Virus record (IMG/VR): IMGVR_UViG_3300042475_001686 | Coordinates: 1-64,000 of that record | From: a virus | Reading direction: 5' to 3' (one strand) | DNA: 64,000 nucleotides | Shown: positions 18,862 to 29,224 of the stretch, piece by piece | Position numbering within the stretch: position 1 is the first letter of the stretch | How the letters are laid out: every line of letters begins with the position of its first letter | Translations under genes and position numbers: made by a program | The notes under the pieces: generated by a model | What the model was told of the DNA's origin: nothing | Databases searched by the model: none | The model's input: the letters and a program-made list of their open reading frames with translations, nothing else

Positions 18862-19874
18862 TATTCGTAACTCCAAACTTGATATGTTCCATTGTCAAAC
18901 TGACCCAATGGAGAAAGTGTTATTTGTATAGAAGATATTGGAGTAGTGTCTCTAAAATATCCGAAGTATTGACCAGAAGAGTTGTCTGCAATTGTAGATA
19001 CTGGCTTAAGAATTGAAGATGTGTTTGCAAGATCAACATATATTGTTATATCATGAGTTGAAGAATCATTAAATGCTGGAGAGTGTAATGCACTCGCAGT
19101 TAAAAGTCCTCCAGTATTTATATAGTTAGGGCCAGTGTTATTATTAAAATTTATAGAAAGCATTGCGCTATCTGTTGCATCATCATGACTCCAGTCATGC
19201 AAAACAACAAATAGTTTTTCTCCATTTAATCCAGATACGCTAATGCTTGATCCAGATAATGTTCCAGATGATTTTTGTACCCATGATTTTTGTTGATTAT
19301 CTTGCCATGAAGGTAGACCAGACGACACTGTTAGTAGTTGTCCCTCTAGCCCAATAGGCAATCTAGAAATTAAATCATTTCCAGTTCCATAAATAATATC
19401 TCCAGATGCATCTATAACGCTTTGAATATTATCAATAATATCCCAAGTTTCTGCAGACTCATTATAAATGTATGCTCTTCTTGGCGAAGCATCTTTATCT
19501 ACCCAAACCATTCCATCAACTAAGTTTTCTGTTGGTGCATCATTTTGATATAAGGCTGTTGCATATGTTGTTATTATTGATCCGCCAGTTGAAGTTGAAT
19601 CCATAGCGATAAAACCATCAGTTGGAGATGATAAATTTTCTATCTCTGTACTGGTTAAATAGTCTGATCCAATTCCTCTTTCATCTACGGTTGTTAAGTC
19701 TTGTCTAATACTTTTTAAATGTTGTGCTATACCGCCACTTACTTGTGCAAGAGTTGCTGGTGGGGTTCCTTCTGCTCCGTATAAAAATAACTTTAGGGCA
19801 GCCTGTATGTCTGCGGTATCGTCATAACCTGGTTGCTTAGTGGTATAAATTCCACCAATATCTTCTGCTGCCAT
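18861..19874 (-). CDS. tail fibre/minor tail protein
   Basis: DGMVWVD, GDIIYGTG..RLPIG..GQLLTVSSGLPSW fibre motifs. Confidence 0.6.
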   Translation of the reverse strand: MAAEDIGGIYTTKQPGYDDTADIQAALKLFLYGAEGTPPATLAQVSGGIAQHLKSIRQDLTTVDERGIGSDYLTSTEIENLSSPTDGFIAMDSTSTGGSIITTYATALYQNDAPTENLVDGMVWVDKDASPRRAYIYNESAETWDIIDNIQSVIDASGDIIYGTGNDLISRLPIGLEGQLLTVSSGLPSWQDNQQKSWVQKSSGTLSGSSISVSGLNGEKLFVVLHDWSHDDATDSAMLSINFNNNTGPNYINTGGLLTASALHSPAFNDSSTHDITIYVDLANTSSILKPVSTIADNSSGQYFGYFRDTTPISSIQITLSPLGQFDNGTYQVWSYE

Positions 19875-19892
19875 CCTAAATCACCCCTTAGA

Positions 19893-20471
19893 TTATACCA
19901 CCGAAATGTGAAGGTTGGCCGTCCTGGATCCAGATATGTCTGACCAGTTGGTTCCATCAAATTCCTTGGCATAAAATGTTATTTTTAATCTTTCTGGATC
20001 TACTAAGTTTGCTTCTATCTTTTCTGTTTTAATTGAACTAACTATTGGATATCCTGCTGATGTTGCAAATGTAACTTGTACACTAAAATTAGATGCGTCT
20101 GTTGATCCGATATAGGATGGATCTACAATATCTGAAATTGGAATATAGCAATAGTTTTGAGTTGTAAAATCTATACTTTTATTTGTTACATATGTATTAG
20201 GAATTAATTTAGTTAATGTTTGCCATTGTAATGTTCCAAGTACATCTACGTACTGGTATAACATTAAATATTCATCATCTGTTGTAAGTAAATTTACATA
20301 GAGATCAAAAATATTAGGATCTTGTCCTATATCAACTACATTTGGTTTTCCATTACCTACAAATATTAAACTGCCACGATCTCCTTGCGGACCAAAATCT
20401 ACTTCAACATTTATTGTATCTGGTCCACCTAAAACAACTAAGTCTTCGGTACTTAAAACTACCTCTGCCAT
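19893..20471 (-). CDS. structural protein
   Basis: In the structural operon; GPQGDRGS. Confidence 0.5.
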   Translation of the reverse strand: MAEVVLSTEDLVVLGGPDTINVEVDFGPQGDRGSLIFVGNGKPNVVDIGQDPNIFDLYVNLLTTDDEYLMLYQYVDVLGTLQWQTLTKLIPNTYVTNKSIDFTTQNYCYIPISDIVDPSYIGSTDASNFSVQVTFATSAGYPIVSSIKTEKIEANLVDPERLKITFYAKEFDGTNWSDISGSRTANLHISVV

Positions 20472-20473
20472 CT

Positions 20474-20908
20474 TTATCCTATGTTATCAGGAACTACTAC
20501 CTGACCCGTTACTGTTATGTTTCCAGTCATTAGTGTTATAACTGTTTTGTAGTCTGCACCGCCAGCGTGTCTACTTATTTGTACATCATATACATATGTT
20601 TTTGTTGGATCTAAATACTGTGCATCATCTGGTCTTATTGCACATGTAACATATGTTCTATCGTCAGAAATTTTTGCATAACATTCATGATATCCAGCAG
20701 GGTCTGGTGTTGTTGGACCGCCTGAAGCACGTTCTTCTGCAAAAGCAAAAACAGCACTATCAAAATCTACAGTTGCTGGATTGTTATCATCATCGTATAC
20801 GAATGGAGATAAAGAGTACGCATCTCCATTTGCTGTTTTTGGATATACACGAAACTCATAAGTGTCACCTATGTAGTAGTTTATATTATAAGTTCCTGGA
20901 AATGCCAT
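20474..20908 (-). CDS. structural/baseplate-like protein
   Basis: GTYNINYYIGDT..YVYDVQI..TLMTGNITV. Confidence 0.5.
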   Translation of the reverse strand: MAFPGTYNINYYIGDTYEFRVYPKTANGDAYSLSPFVYDDDNNPATVDFDSAVFAFAEERASGGPTTPDPAGYHECYAKISDDRTYVTCAIRPDDAQYLDPTKTYVYDVQISRHAGGADYKTVITLMTGNITVTGQVVVPDNIG

Positions 20909-20924
20909 GATCCCTCCGTGTTAA

Positions 20925-21647
20925 TTATATCACAGATACATATATAGAATTCATTATTACTGAGGAGTCGTAATCGGTTCTGATTTGAGGTACTGCCCCA
21001 GAACTCCACATGGAGTTATTTTCTATAAAGAAATGTTGTGTTACGTACATATTGTAGACATATTGGTATTTTAAAGATGCTACAAACTGTGAAATTTCGG
21101 TGGTAGATTTAGGGAAAAATGTTCTCATCCAAACCTCTGTATTATTAGAGTTAGTAGTTAACTCAAAGTTATAAGTGACAATTACTTGCGATCCTATTTT
21201 TAGGCCGTGTAGATTAAGCATTCTTTGTTCTGCATTCCATAGGCTTGTGCATCCTTCTGGCAGATATTTCTCGTTTGTATTACTGCCCTTCGAATCTACC
21301 CAAACATTTACCCAGCCATCTTCTCCACGATCAATGCCAAGGCTTACTGGTTTTCTGTTATCGTTAAAATATGCTGCCCATCCTGCTTGTTGTCCAGACG
21401 AAGATAAGGAACTTAGACCGTCTTTACCAGGTGTGCCTCTTTCGCCTTTGGGGCCTGGTGTGCCGTCTTTTCCAGCAGGTCCTTGAGGTCCAGGTAGGCC
21501 CTGTGGTCCTTGAGGCCCCTGTGGCCCAGGAACGGGTACATAGTTGATTAATACATCTGCATTTGTTGTTTGTGTTTGAACTACTTGTGCAGCATAACTA
21601 GATTTTTTGCTGCTATTTGGAAAGTCCATGGATTTAGAAACTGGCAT
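20925..21647 (-). CDS. collagen-like (Gly-X-Y) fibre protein
   Basis: [37 protein letters not shown]. Confidence 0.75.
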   Translation of the reverse strand: MPVSKSMDFPNSSKKSSYAAQVVQTQTTNADVLINYVPVPGPQGPQGPQGLPGPQGPAGKDGTPGPKGERGTPGKDGLSSLSSSGQQAGWAAYFNDNRKPVSLGIDRGEDGWVNVWVDSKGSNTNEKYLPEGCTSLWNAEQRMLNLHGLKIGSQVIVTYNFELTTNSNNTEVWMRTFFPKSTTEISQFVASLKYQYVYNMYVTQHFFIENNSMWSSGAVPQIRTDYDSSVIMNSIYVSVI

Positions 21648-21664
21648 GGAGTTATTATCCCATA

Positions 21665-22375
21665 TTATTCACAAATATAAGAAAAAGACATATGGAATCT
21701 ATCAGTAGTTTCTAAAATAAATGGGGAGTTATGGTCAAATGGTTGATCTTGTGCAGAACTACCAATGTTCCAAACTGTCATTGTTGAACTTGCTGGAGAC
21801 AAATGCCCCTTAAGACTGTAATGATCAATACCCTGGTTTGTTATATTATGAATTGATCCGCCATAGACATCTGTATGATATTTAGATGGTAGTGGTATAG
21901 TAAGAGAATATTGTCCAGTTCCAAAATTAGTAACTGTTGAAAATAAAACATCTATTTGAACTATCACAAGATTACCAATTTTAATATATGATCCAGTAGC
22001 AGGAGTATTGGTATATGCTAATCCTGTACCGCTCCAAACTGGATTGTAAGAATTAATTGTTGTTGTTCCAGTGTCTAAGTTTGCATCTTGACCGTCTGCA
22101 CCGTCTTGACCTGGTTCTGCAATTGTTGTCCAATAAGATGTTCCTGGTGGATATCCTGGATTTGGTTCTCCGACTCTGTAATAAGTTCCTCCAGCGTATG
22201 TAACTACATCGCCAATATTATAATCTGCTCCGTTATTATATTCACCAACAAAATTCCATAATGCGTCTGCACCATTAGCGCCTGCAGGACCTGGTTCTCC
22301 TTGTGGTCCTGGATCTCCTTGTGGTCCAGTTCCTCCAGAACCCCCACCAATACCAGGGTGTGTAAACCGTGCCAT
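21665..22375 (-). CDS. collagen-like fibre protein with a small carbohydrate-binding-like module
   Basis: [16 protein letters not shown]; [14 protein letters not shown]. Confidence 0.65.
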   Translation of the reverse strand: MARFTHPGIGGGSGGTGPQGDPGPQGEPGPAGANGADALWNFVGEYNNGADYNIGDVVTYAGGTYYRVGEPNPGYPPGTSYWTTIAEPGQDGADGQDANLDTGTTTINSYNPVWSGTGLAYTNTPATGSYIKIGNLVIVQIDVLFSTVTNFGTGQYSLTIPLPSKYHTDVYGGSIHNITNQGIDHYSLKGHLSPASSTMTVWNIGSSAQDQPFDHNSPFILETTDRFHMSFSYICE

Positions 22376-22656
22376 TAGTTTTGGCTCTCCAAACCAGTCT
22401 GCATTACTGCCAAGTTCATTGTTGTTGAGCCAATTGCATATAATGCATCGGCGCTTGGAAGTTCAAAAGATATTGAGTGGTTTGGCATAATTCTAAAACC
22501 ATAATCGGTTGAAGAAACTGTGTCATTTCCACCAATATAGATATATCCAGTGTCATTAATATTTTGAAGCGTTATGTCCATACCACCATGCTTACCATTT
22601 GGAGTAAGTCTTACTGGTGTCGAGTTTGTTAGTGCTACGATTGAGTGTTGTGCCAT
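22375..22656 (-). CDS. small structural protein
   Basis: ORF in the operon. Confidence 0.5.
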   Translation of the reverse strand: MAQHSIVALTNSTPVRLTPNGKHGGMDITLQNINDTGYIYIGGNDTVSSTDYGFRIMPNHSISFELPSADALYAIGSTTMNLAVMQTGLESQN

Positions 22657-22668
22657 TGTTTTCTCCTT

Positions 22669-22926
22669 TTACCAGATAGAACTTTCCCAAGGAATTCTTT
22701 TCCAAATGTGAACATTTCCATCTTCGTAATCTTCTATGCAAAAATAAAGATGATCTGATGAGTAAGCAATATATCCAGCCTTATCTCCGATCTTGCCTAA
22801 TGATGATGAAGGCATATCTGTTAAAACAAAATATGTATCTCCTGCTGGACCTTGTGGACCCGTTAATCCAGGATCTCCTTTGTCGCCCTTTGCACCTGGC
22901 ATAGGGACAATCTTAATAACTGCCAT
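22669..22926 (-). CDS. short collagen-like protein
   Basis: GAKGDKGDPGLTGPQGPAG. Confidence 0.6.
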   Translation of the reverse strand: MAVIKIVPMPGAKGDKGDPGLTGPQGPAGDTYFVLTDMPSSSLGKIGDKAGYIAYSSDHLYFCIEDYEDGNVHIWKRIPWESSIW

Positions 22927-23324
22927 TATAAAGTACCTCCTGGTGTTACGTCACCTATAACATAAATTGTTCCAACAACTGGTGTCCAAATAATATCTTC
23001 AATTTCTTCTGGAATAATTACCTGTACATCAAAAGGCAATTCTGCGACGGTAGCCTTATAGCCACTTCCCCAGTTTTTAGTAACTGAAGCATAAGCAGTA
23101 ATATCTACAAATCCTTCGCCTGGTTCGCAATCTAAAGCATCTAATACATTGCCAGATTGATCATACGCTGTGCAACGATAAATCCATCCTTCTGTATTAT
23201 AAGATGAAGCCTCATCATCTTCTTTAAATTCTACTCTTAATGTTGCTGTATCTCCACGAATAACTCTCCATTGAATGGTTGCTGGATCAGCACCAAAAAT
23301 TTCGGGAGCACAGAGATTAGCCAT
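22926..23324 (-). CDS. structural/baseplate-like protein
   Basis: Paralog of 14736..15125. Confidence 0.5.
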   Translation of the reverse strand: MANLCAPEIFGADPATIQWRVIRGDTATLRVEFKEDDEASSYNTEGWIYRCTAYDQSGNVLDALDCEPGEGFVDITAYASVTKNWGSGYKATVAELPFDVQVIIPEEIEDIIWTPVVGTIYVIGDVTPGGTL

Positions 23325-23352
23325 AATACAAGATTATACCATGAAATATGGA

Positions 23353-23397
23353 CTTACCCCAGGATCGGTGGGTATGAGAGACAGATCAAGGGGTAAG
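23353..23397 (-). ncRNA. candidate small hairpin RNA
   Basis: CTTACCCC/GGGGTAAG and GATC/GATC stems; TGATATACT -10 just upstream on the minus strand. Confidence 0.4.
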
Positions 23398-23453
23398 CAA
23401 TTAAAGTATATCATAGTGGTACAAAACGGACATAATCAGTATATAATACACTT

Positions 23454-24155
23454 ATGATTCCAAAAATAATTTGGCAAACTCACAACTATGAATATGAGAA
23501 TATTCCAGAACATTTAAAAAAGTGCATGCTTAGTTGGAAAATGGCAAACCCAGACTGGGATCACAGGTATGTGGATCATAATGAAAGGGAAACTTTCATA
23601 AAAGAAAAATACCCAGAACTACAAGATATATATAGAAGAAAAAAGAATATGTTTCAGGCTGACATATGGAGAATTGCAGTAGTTCATGAGTTTGGCGGGG
23701 TATACGTAGATATGGACTCTTGGTGTAAAAAACCACTAAGTTATATGATGCAAGATGAAAACTATAACTTTCTTATTACTGAGCCATACGATAACAACCC
23801 TGGTGATAGTCTTCACATAAATAATGCAATGTTTGCGGCACCGAAAGGATCTGAGTCTTTAAAAAATATGATAGATGAAATTGTAAGTCAATATAAAAAT
23901 TTTGATTTACAACGCAAGCATATTTCTGAACAAATACATATGAATAGTATCGACATACATACCATATTTGTTAACGAGGCAATGAAGAATTACAAACCAT
24001 TTTTTAGTGCTGGCAATCATGGTAAAAGTTATAAAACTGGAATGTCAGATTTTGAAGTAGAAAAAATAGACTATTACGGCAATGTAATGAGTTATAGAGA
24101 TTACCTTAAAAAAATACTTAATTTAGATGATGAAAGCATTAATTCTCTAATGTAA
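23454..24155 (+). CDS. glycosyltransferase, GT32/OCH1-like (DXD)
   Basis: IPKIIWQT..ADIWR..GGVYVDMD. Confidence 0.85.
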   Translation: MIPKIIWQTHNYEYENIPEHLKKCMLSWKMANPDWDHRYVDHNERETFIKEKYPELQDIYRRKKNMFQADIWRIAVVHEFGGVYVDMDSWCKKPLSYMMQDENYNFLITEPYDNNPGDSLHINNAMFAAPKGSESLKNMIDEIVSQYKNFDLQRKHISEQIHMNSIDIHTIFVNEAMKNYKPFFSAGNHGKSYKTGMSDFEVEKIDYYGNVMSYRDYLKKILNLDDESINSLM

Positions 24156-24307
24156 ACATCAAAAAAGTTTTTATGGTATAGTGGTTATCGGGTTTGTAGG
24201 GGCTTTGCACTAGAGATGCAGTCTTTCTTCCACCATTAGATGTAATAAAAAATCTATGGGGGGAGGGGGGGCTTTCCCTAAGAGATACTATTTATATATA
24301 ATATATA

Positions 24308-24595
24308 TTACTTTTTATTGTTTGCTACAAAATCTAAAAGAATCTCATACATATGATCGAGTTTTTTTTGCATATTGCTTTGCTCGAGTTCTTCTTTTAA
24401 CATATGATCTTTAAGATGAGTCACGTCTCTTTCTAGTCTATTAACGGCATCTTTTAAACTTGATCCGCCATTAGGTTTGAACTCTGCTCTTATCTCATCA
24501 AAATAATGTTTTGTCAACCACTTGATTCCACCAGCAACTAGTGCTACAATTGATAGAACTGTAAGAATTAATCCTGACCATTCTTGTACTGACAT
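24308..24595 (-). CDS. membrane-anchored protein of actinophage type
   Basis: N-terminal TM helix then KPNGGSSLKDAVNRLE coiled coil. Confidence 0.55.
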   Translation of the reverse strand: MSVQEWSGLILTVLSIVALVAGGIKWLTKHYFDEIRAEFKPNGGSSLKDAVNRLERDVTHLKDHMLKEELEQSNMQKKLDHMYEILLDFVANNKK

Positions 24596-24628
24596 GATGG
24601 GAAAATTATAACACGGAGTTTTAATAAA

Positions 24629-25396
24629 ATGAAAACTGAAATACTAAAGACGATAGAGCATTCTACAAATTTAATAATTTCGCCAGATATGGATGGTTTC
24701 ATTTCGGCGCAGTTACTAAATAGATATAACGGCTCTAAAGTAGTTGGCACGTATGACAAGAACATATTATGTTTGGCAAGCGGGATTAGTCCTAGAGATT
24801 GTTTGTTCGTCGATTGTGACATGAATCACCCAGACTATGTTTCGGTTGGCAATCACATGCGCTTATTAAATGATAATATGTCGGCGAAAAGTTTTAACCC
24901 AAATGTTCACTTTGGCATTACAAAATACAGCGACAAGTTTCCATTCGCAACCGCATTTTTAATTGCGTTCGCAACAGAGATCGAAACATCGGCAGCAGAA
25001 ATAATACGCATGGCCTACGCTGACTCCACACTACGCAATATGGAATCTTACAGCGATAACATGCGAACATGGTCTGATAGGATGAAATGTCCTGCAGTAG
25101 AATATGTGATCCAAAACACAGATATTGCCAAAGGTGTGGATGAGGAATTTCGGACGGTATATCCAATACAATCCTTTACATCCAAGCGGTATGGCAAAGA
25201 GCGGTATATGCAAACCATTAATGAGGCATTTGTCCAAGAGAAGGTTTCACATGAAACATTGACACATGGTTTGAAGTATATGTCGGATAAAGTTGGTTTG
25301 ACGACCATGAAGAAATATATGTGTGATATTTTCTCATATGCCGAAGTGTTTGGTGGAGAGTATTCTGTTACTTATTATGACAAGATGGATTGGTAG
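24629..25396 (+). CDS. hypothetical protein, possibly DHH-like phosphoesterase
   Basis: SPDMDG and LFVDCD acidic motifs; no clear DHH triplet. Confidence 0.4.
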   Translation: MKTEILKTIEHSTNLIISPDMDGFISAQLLNRYNGSKVVGTYDKNILCLASGISPRDCLFVDCDMNHPDYVSVGNHMRLLNDNMSAKSFNPNVHFGITKYSDKFPFATAFLIAFATEIETSAAEIIRMAYADSTLRNMESYSDNMRTWSDRMKCPAVEYVIQNTDIAKGVDEEFRTVYPIQSFTSKRYGKERYMQTINEAFVQEKVSHETLTHGLKYMSDKVGLTTMKKYMCDIFSYAEVFGGEYSVTYYDKMDW

Positions 25397-26134
25397 TTAG
25401 TCTATTACGGTTTTTTTAATTTCGTCAAGAATTTGTTGTTGTATGTTTTTACCCTCGGCAAGTTGGTATCTGGATTCCAATTTAAGTCCCCGCCCTTCTT
25501 GTCCCATTAACCAAGTTAAAAATCTAATTTGATCGTTTGGTACAAACCTTTTAAAAACTATTTTTTCATCTGTTAATGCCTGAGCGTAGAATAGCCCATC
25601 TCCTTCATTTATAACAAACTCAGTATTGTCTAATGGGACAAACCAGTTAAGCACAGCAGGTCTAAACCATCTGCCAAAATCAAATTCACCACTAGTAAAC
25701 ATTGCACTATTAGATGGAGCAGAAGGTGGATAACTTGGAGATGAGAGTCTTATCTTTAATGGCTTGTCTGCAAACATTACAAAGTTTATTGAATAGATTA
25801 AATCTATATACCCGCTTATTGCTGACTTGCGTTCTTGGATTATTGGTATTTTATTATTGAAGCCATCTAACTTACCTAACTTTGTATTTACTATTTCAGA
25901 TAGATATCCTTCAGGCCAATCGCATCTATCGCTTAGGTTTGATTTAAATACAAATAGATTTTTAAAAAATGCTGCTGATGCAGGACAGTTAAATATGCTT
26001 GTCCTTGGGTCTTCTGTTATATTTTTATTCAAAAAATAATTTACTACAGGCTCTGGATTTTTTAATGGCCATTGGTCTATTTGAGATTGATTATCTAGAT
26101 TAGATGACCAGTATATGGTAGTAGTCTCTTTCAT
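25397..26134 (-). CDS. conserved phage protein related to 5359..6135
   Basis: NCPA..GEFDFGRWFRP; leaderless promoter. Confidence 0.5.
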   Translation of the reverse strand: MKETTTIYWSSNLDNQSQIDQWPLKNPEPVVNYFLNKNITEDPRTSIFNCPASAAFFKNLFVFKSNLSDRCDWPEGYLSEIVNTKLGKLDGFNNKIPIIQERKSAISGYIDLIYSINFVMFADKPLKIRLSSPSYPPSAPSNSAMFTSGEFDFGRWFRPAVLNWFVPLDNTEFVINEGDGLFYAQALTDEKIVFKRFVPNDQIRFLTWLMGQEGRGLKLESRYQLAEGKNIQQQILDEIKKTVID

Positions 26135-26176
26135 TTATTCATTATAGCATTGCTGATTGTTTTATGATAGAATGTA

Positions 26177-26380
26177 ATGGTGGGAGACGATGTTAAGTTT
26201 AGTGATCTATTTGATCCTAGTCAGCCAAGAAGCGATAGAGATTTAATTGAGTCCCGCCTTGAAATATGCAATACGTGCGAACACTTTAATCGTCGTATGG
26301 TAAAATGTAAGAAGTGTGGTTGTTTTATGAAACTTAAGACAACACTAAGAAGCGCAAAATGTCCTATAGGAAAGTGGTGA
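26177..26380 (+). CDS. small Cys-rich protein, copy 3
   Basis: RLEICNTC..KCKKCGCFM..KCPIGKW. Confidence 0.7.
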   Translation: MVGDDVKFSDLFDPSQPRSDRDLIESRLEICNTCEHFNRRMVKCKKCGCFMKLKTTLRSAKCPIGKW

Positions 26381-26384
26381 AAAA

Positions 26385-26570
26385 ATGGAAAAAGATGAAG
26401 TAATTTACATGATGCTTCAGAGCGTGAATAACGACAATAGAGAATTAGGTAAGAAGTCTGGTATGGCAGATGCTGACGTTGAGTCACAAATTCAACAAAG
26501 CCAGCCAAGCCTAACTTTTATCCTAAGTAACGTATATGAAAAACTAAAGGAGGCTGGTTTACTTGTCTAA
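26385..26570 (+). CDS. hypothetical protein
   Basis: ORF in a + strand mini-operon. Confidence 0.5.
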   Translation: MEKDEVIYMMLQSVNNDNRELGKKSGMADADVESQIQQSQPSLTFILSNVYEKLKEAGLLV

Positions 26571-26748
26571 ATATACTTTTAAACTAGATAACGAAAAGTG
26601 GAATGAGCATCTTAAAGAAATAGATGCACCTGCTCTACCTCGTGATCTAAATATTGTAATTGTAGTTGAAGCAGAAACTCAAGAGGCTGCCGTCAACGAT
26701 TTGGGCTGTATTATTAATCGTAGTACACTCGACTATGTAGCAGAATAA
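26563..26748 (+). CDS. hypothetical protein
   Basis: Overlapping ORF with GGAGG RBS. Confidence 0.45.
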   Translation: MSKYTFKLDNEKWNEHLKEIDAPALPRDLNIVIVVEAETQEAAVNDLGCIINRSTLDYVAE

Positions 26749-26766
26749 AACGTTTATATATATAAA

Positions 26767-26809
26767 AAAATACTCTAGCGATGTCTAAAAAACAAGGCTA
26801 GAGTATTTT
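26767..26809. terminator. bidirectional terminator-like hairpin
   Basis: AAAATACTCTAGC...GCTAGAGTATTTT between convergent genes. Confidence 0.65.
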
Positions 26810-26813
26810 ACTT

Positions 26814-27665
26814 TTATATGCTAAGTGATGGTTCCTTAATGCTAGAAGCATCTGAAGGAGCAACCAAGTTATTTACTGGATTAATAATAGACTTGCGTCC
26901 CATCATTAATTCTTCAATATTCTGACATACAACTGTCCACTCTTCTTCAAATATTTTCTTAGAGCGTCCCATGCCGATGTCGATCTGATCTGATCTTCCT
27001 TCCTTTGCTGCCATTTCTTTTACTGTCTTTTCAGAGTCCCAGTTAAGAATTGTGCATTGGAAATGCTTATCAACATATCCATCCTTGTCGACAAGATACT
27101 TTTCAAAGTTTCCACCCATGTATAGTCCATCATAGAAACCACGATTTAACCACCAGGAGAAGTATTTATCTCTAAACATTTCTCTGTGATCCATTCCAGT
27201 ATTGTTTACTTTTTCTTTAGCAGCAATCTGGTGCTTTCTGATTTCTAGATATAACTCGTGTGGTTCACCAAAAGGTTGTCCAAGTCCGTTATGTCCTGGC
27301 TCTACTCCTAACTGCTGGCTTACGCCTGAACCTGGAATTGAAGATACCATTTGTGAGAATTGAAAAGTTGTTCCATAAACATCTTTTCCGTAATTTGCTG
27401 AGTCTGCTCCACAAGTAATACCTTCTGACCATTTACCGTGTGTGATTCCAGGACCACAATAGTCATTGGTTGGAATAGCAACTATCTGAAAGTGCTCTCC
27501 ACCGTACTTATCTTGTAGCCATTGTAAAACTTCCATTTGATTTGCGTTACCGCATCCAACCGTAGTGTTAACAACTAGGGTTACTTTTCCTCTAAATTGC
27601 TCTAGGAAGTTGGTCTGCCCGTCGGCAGAATCTAATGATATATCGTATATAGATTTAAGTGTCAT
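26814..27665 (-). CDS. glutathione peroxidase-like protein
   Basis: GKVTLVVNTTVGCG..LQDKY..IVAIPTNDY..NFEKYLVDKDG. Confidence 0.75.
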   Translation of the reverse strand: MTLKSIYDISLDSADGQTNFLEQFRGKVTLVVNTTVGCGNANQMEVLQWLQDKYGGEHFQIVAIPTNDYCGPGITHGKWSEGITCGADSANYGKDVYGTTFQFSQMVSSIPGSGVSQQLGVEPGHNGLGQPFGEPHELYLEIRKHQIAAKEKVNNTGMDHREMFRDKYFSWWLNRGFYDGLYMGGNFEKYLVDKDGYVDKHFQCTILNWDSEKTVKEMAAKEGRSDQIDIGMGRSKKIFEEEWTVVCQNIEELMMGRKSIINPVNNLVAPSDASSIKEPSLSI

Positions 27666-27843
27666 ATATGACCTCCTTGAGGTAATTATACGACAGGTTT
27701 TTAATTTTTACAAGAACACTCTGAACAGCACTGATCTTTGAATAATTTAAGTGCTAGACCGTCGTTTTCTGCTCTACCCAGATCTTCCCAAAACTTTTCA
27801 CGACCCATATTGTCGTTTTCTGAAATTTTTTGTGATTCGGACA

Positions 27844-28233
27844 TTAGCGTTCCTTTGACATGTAGATGTCTTCTACTACGAAACCATTTTCTCTATCATA
27901 GATAACCCAGTCAATAGCCTTTATATCAAACCTTTCATTCAGTGCATTAAGTACTGTGAACTTATCTAGGCTACCACAGGTGTATAGATCGAATTGCAGT
28001 AATCCTGGATCTACCTCGTCCCAAATGTGAAATGCTATATGGCTTGTTTCAATCATAACAATTGCTGTCAAACCTTTATTGCCAGGAGCATCTACATATG
28101 ATGCAAATGGTCCCTTAATTATTTTCATATCTACCCTGCGAACTAGGTCTTTTAAGAACTCTACCGCCTCATCTTCTGATCTGATGGGGTTAGACACCTT
28201 TGCGTTTACTAACATGTGCTTATGTAATATCAT
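27844..28233 (-). CDS. speD: S-adenosylmethionine decarboxylase proenzyme
   Basis: GLTAIVMIETSHIAFHIW..QFDLYTCG; start placed at MILHKH after TGGTATAAT. Confidence 0.8.
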   Translation of the reverse strand: MILHKHMLVNAKVSNPIRSEDEAVEFLKDLVRRVDMKIIKGPFASYVDAPGNKGLTAIVMIETSHIAFHIWDEVDPGLLQFDLYTCGSLDKFTVLNALNERFDIKAIDWVIYDRENGFVVEDIYMSKER

Positions 28234-28356
28234 GGATCCATTATACCAAAAATCTGAATTTTTTGCTGAAATGTATGATACGGGAAATAATAATAAAAAA
28301 GCAAAAAAAATAGTGAGCACATAGCCCACCACTTCTTTTATTTATAGATCCGCTAC

Positions 28357-28560
28357 TTAGTCAATAAGTTGTTCCACTGCCTGCTTTTCCCCGACAATCC
28401 ACCCGTTGTGAATTCCGATAAGTGGTGCGTCAATACAAACCGCAACACCTTTTGGCAACTGTGCTGGAAAGAAACCTATAAAATTTTCTACTGCTTGTTT
28501 ATTGTAAAACGGAATAGTCTTAGACTCTCCGCTAACTGTTGTTAGTTTTACTTGTATCAT
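28357..28560 (-). CDS. hypothetical protein
   Basis: AGGAG RBS. Confidence 0.5.
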   Translation of the reverse strand: MIQVKLTTVSGESKTIPFYNKQAVENFIGFFPAQLPKGVAVCIDAPLIGIHNGWIVGEKQAVEQLID

Positions 28561-28680
28561 TGTTATTTTCTCCTAATTCTATTTTATCATGTAAGTAATG
28601 TGAGCGGTCATAATTTGCTAATGTCCCGCCATTTTCTAAGTGTGCTTTTCTGCGTAATTGTTCTACGCTATACCCTGCCA

Positions 28681-28791
28681 CTATAACACGCACTCGCAAG
28701 GCTCAATGGCGTAATCCTCGTTATCACCATAAAAGATGTGCCCTCTGCCTGAGCATGTATCGCAATCTATTGTTTGAACTGAGTTTATCAT
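28681..28791 (-). CDS. 36-aa zinc-finger-like peptide (not in the ORF track)
   Basis: MINSVQTIDCDTCSGRGHIFYGDNEDYAIEPCECVL; AAAGGA RBS; resembles 31833..32045. Confidence 0.55.
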   Translation of the reverse strand: MINSVQTIDCDTCSGRGHIFYGDNEDYAIEPCECVL

Positions 28792-28847
28792 TTATTTATC
28801 CTTTTCTTTTTTGTTGATGTAATTCTATCAGGGGGCACTGACAAGGA

Positions 28848-29033
28848 CTAACCTTGCCAATGTGGAGAATAATCTCCGTCTGTAATCTCTGTTGAGAGAA
28901 TATCATAACCACTTGATACAAGAGTATCTAATAGGTCATTTATTTGACGCTCACTAACCATGAGGCGATTTGATACAGAAACGAGAGTATCCTCTTTCTG
29001 TGCTGTATAACTTAGGTTTAGCATATTTGCCAC
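28848..29033 (-). CDS. hypothetical early protein
   Basis: AGAAAGG RBS, own promoter. Confidence 0.5.
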   Translation of the reverse strand: MANMLNLSYTAQKEDTLVSVSNRLMVSERQINDLLDTLVSSGYDILSTEITDGDYSPHWQG

Positions 29034-29116
29034 CTAACCTTTCTTTTTTCTAATACTGTTATTCTATACCCTGCCACTGACATTTTGGGGGGTGTCTGTG
29101 GTGTCCCCCGTGTGAT

Positions 29117-29224
29117 TTATCTCACACTATTTAGCGAATCTACACAATTCGGACATATCGCAGGGATACTGCGCTTAGAGACATAAGTGGTCTGACCACA
29201 CAACATACATTTTTTCTTACTCAT
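29117..29224 (-). CDS. 35-aa zinc-ribbon peptide (not in the ORF track)
   Basis: MSKKKCMLCGQ..ICPNC; AAAGAAAGG RBS. Confidence 0.5.
   Translation of the reverse strand: MSKKKCMLCGQTTYVSKRSIPAICPNCVDSLNSVR

Noticed and set aside
24175-24310. G-run/AT-run spacer as a G-quadruplex or sRNA
   Set aside because: Only two long G tracts and weak stems; insufficient support
28749-28758. CCTGAGCATG as a seventh pseudoknot copy
   Set aside because: No AAACTGCTC downstream and no full P1 stem; it lies antisense within a small ORF
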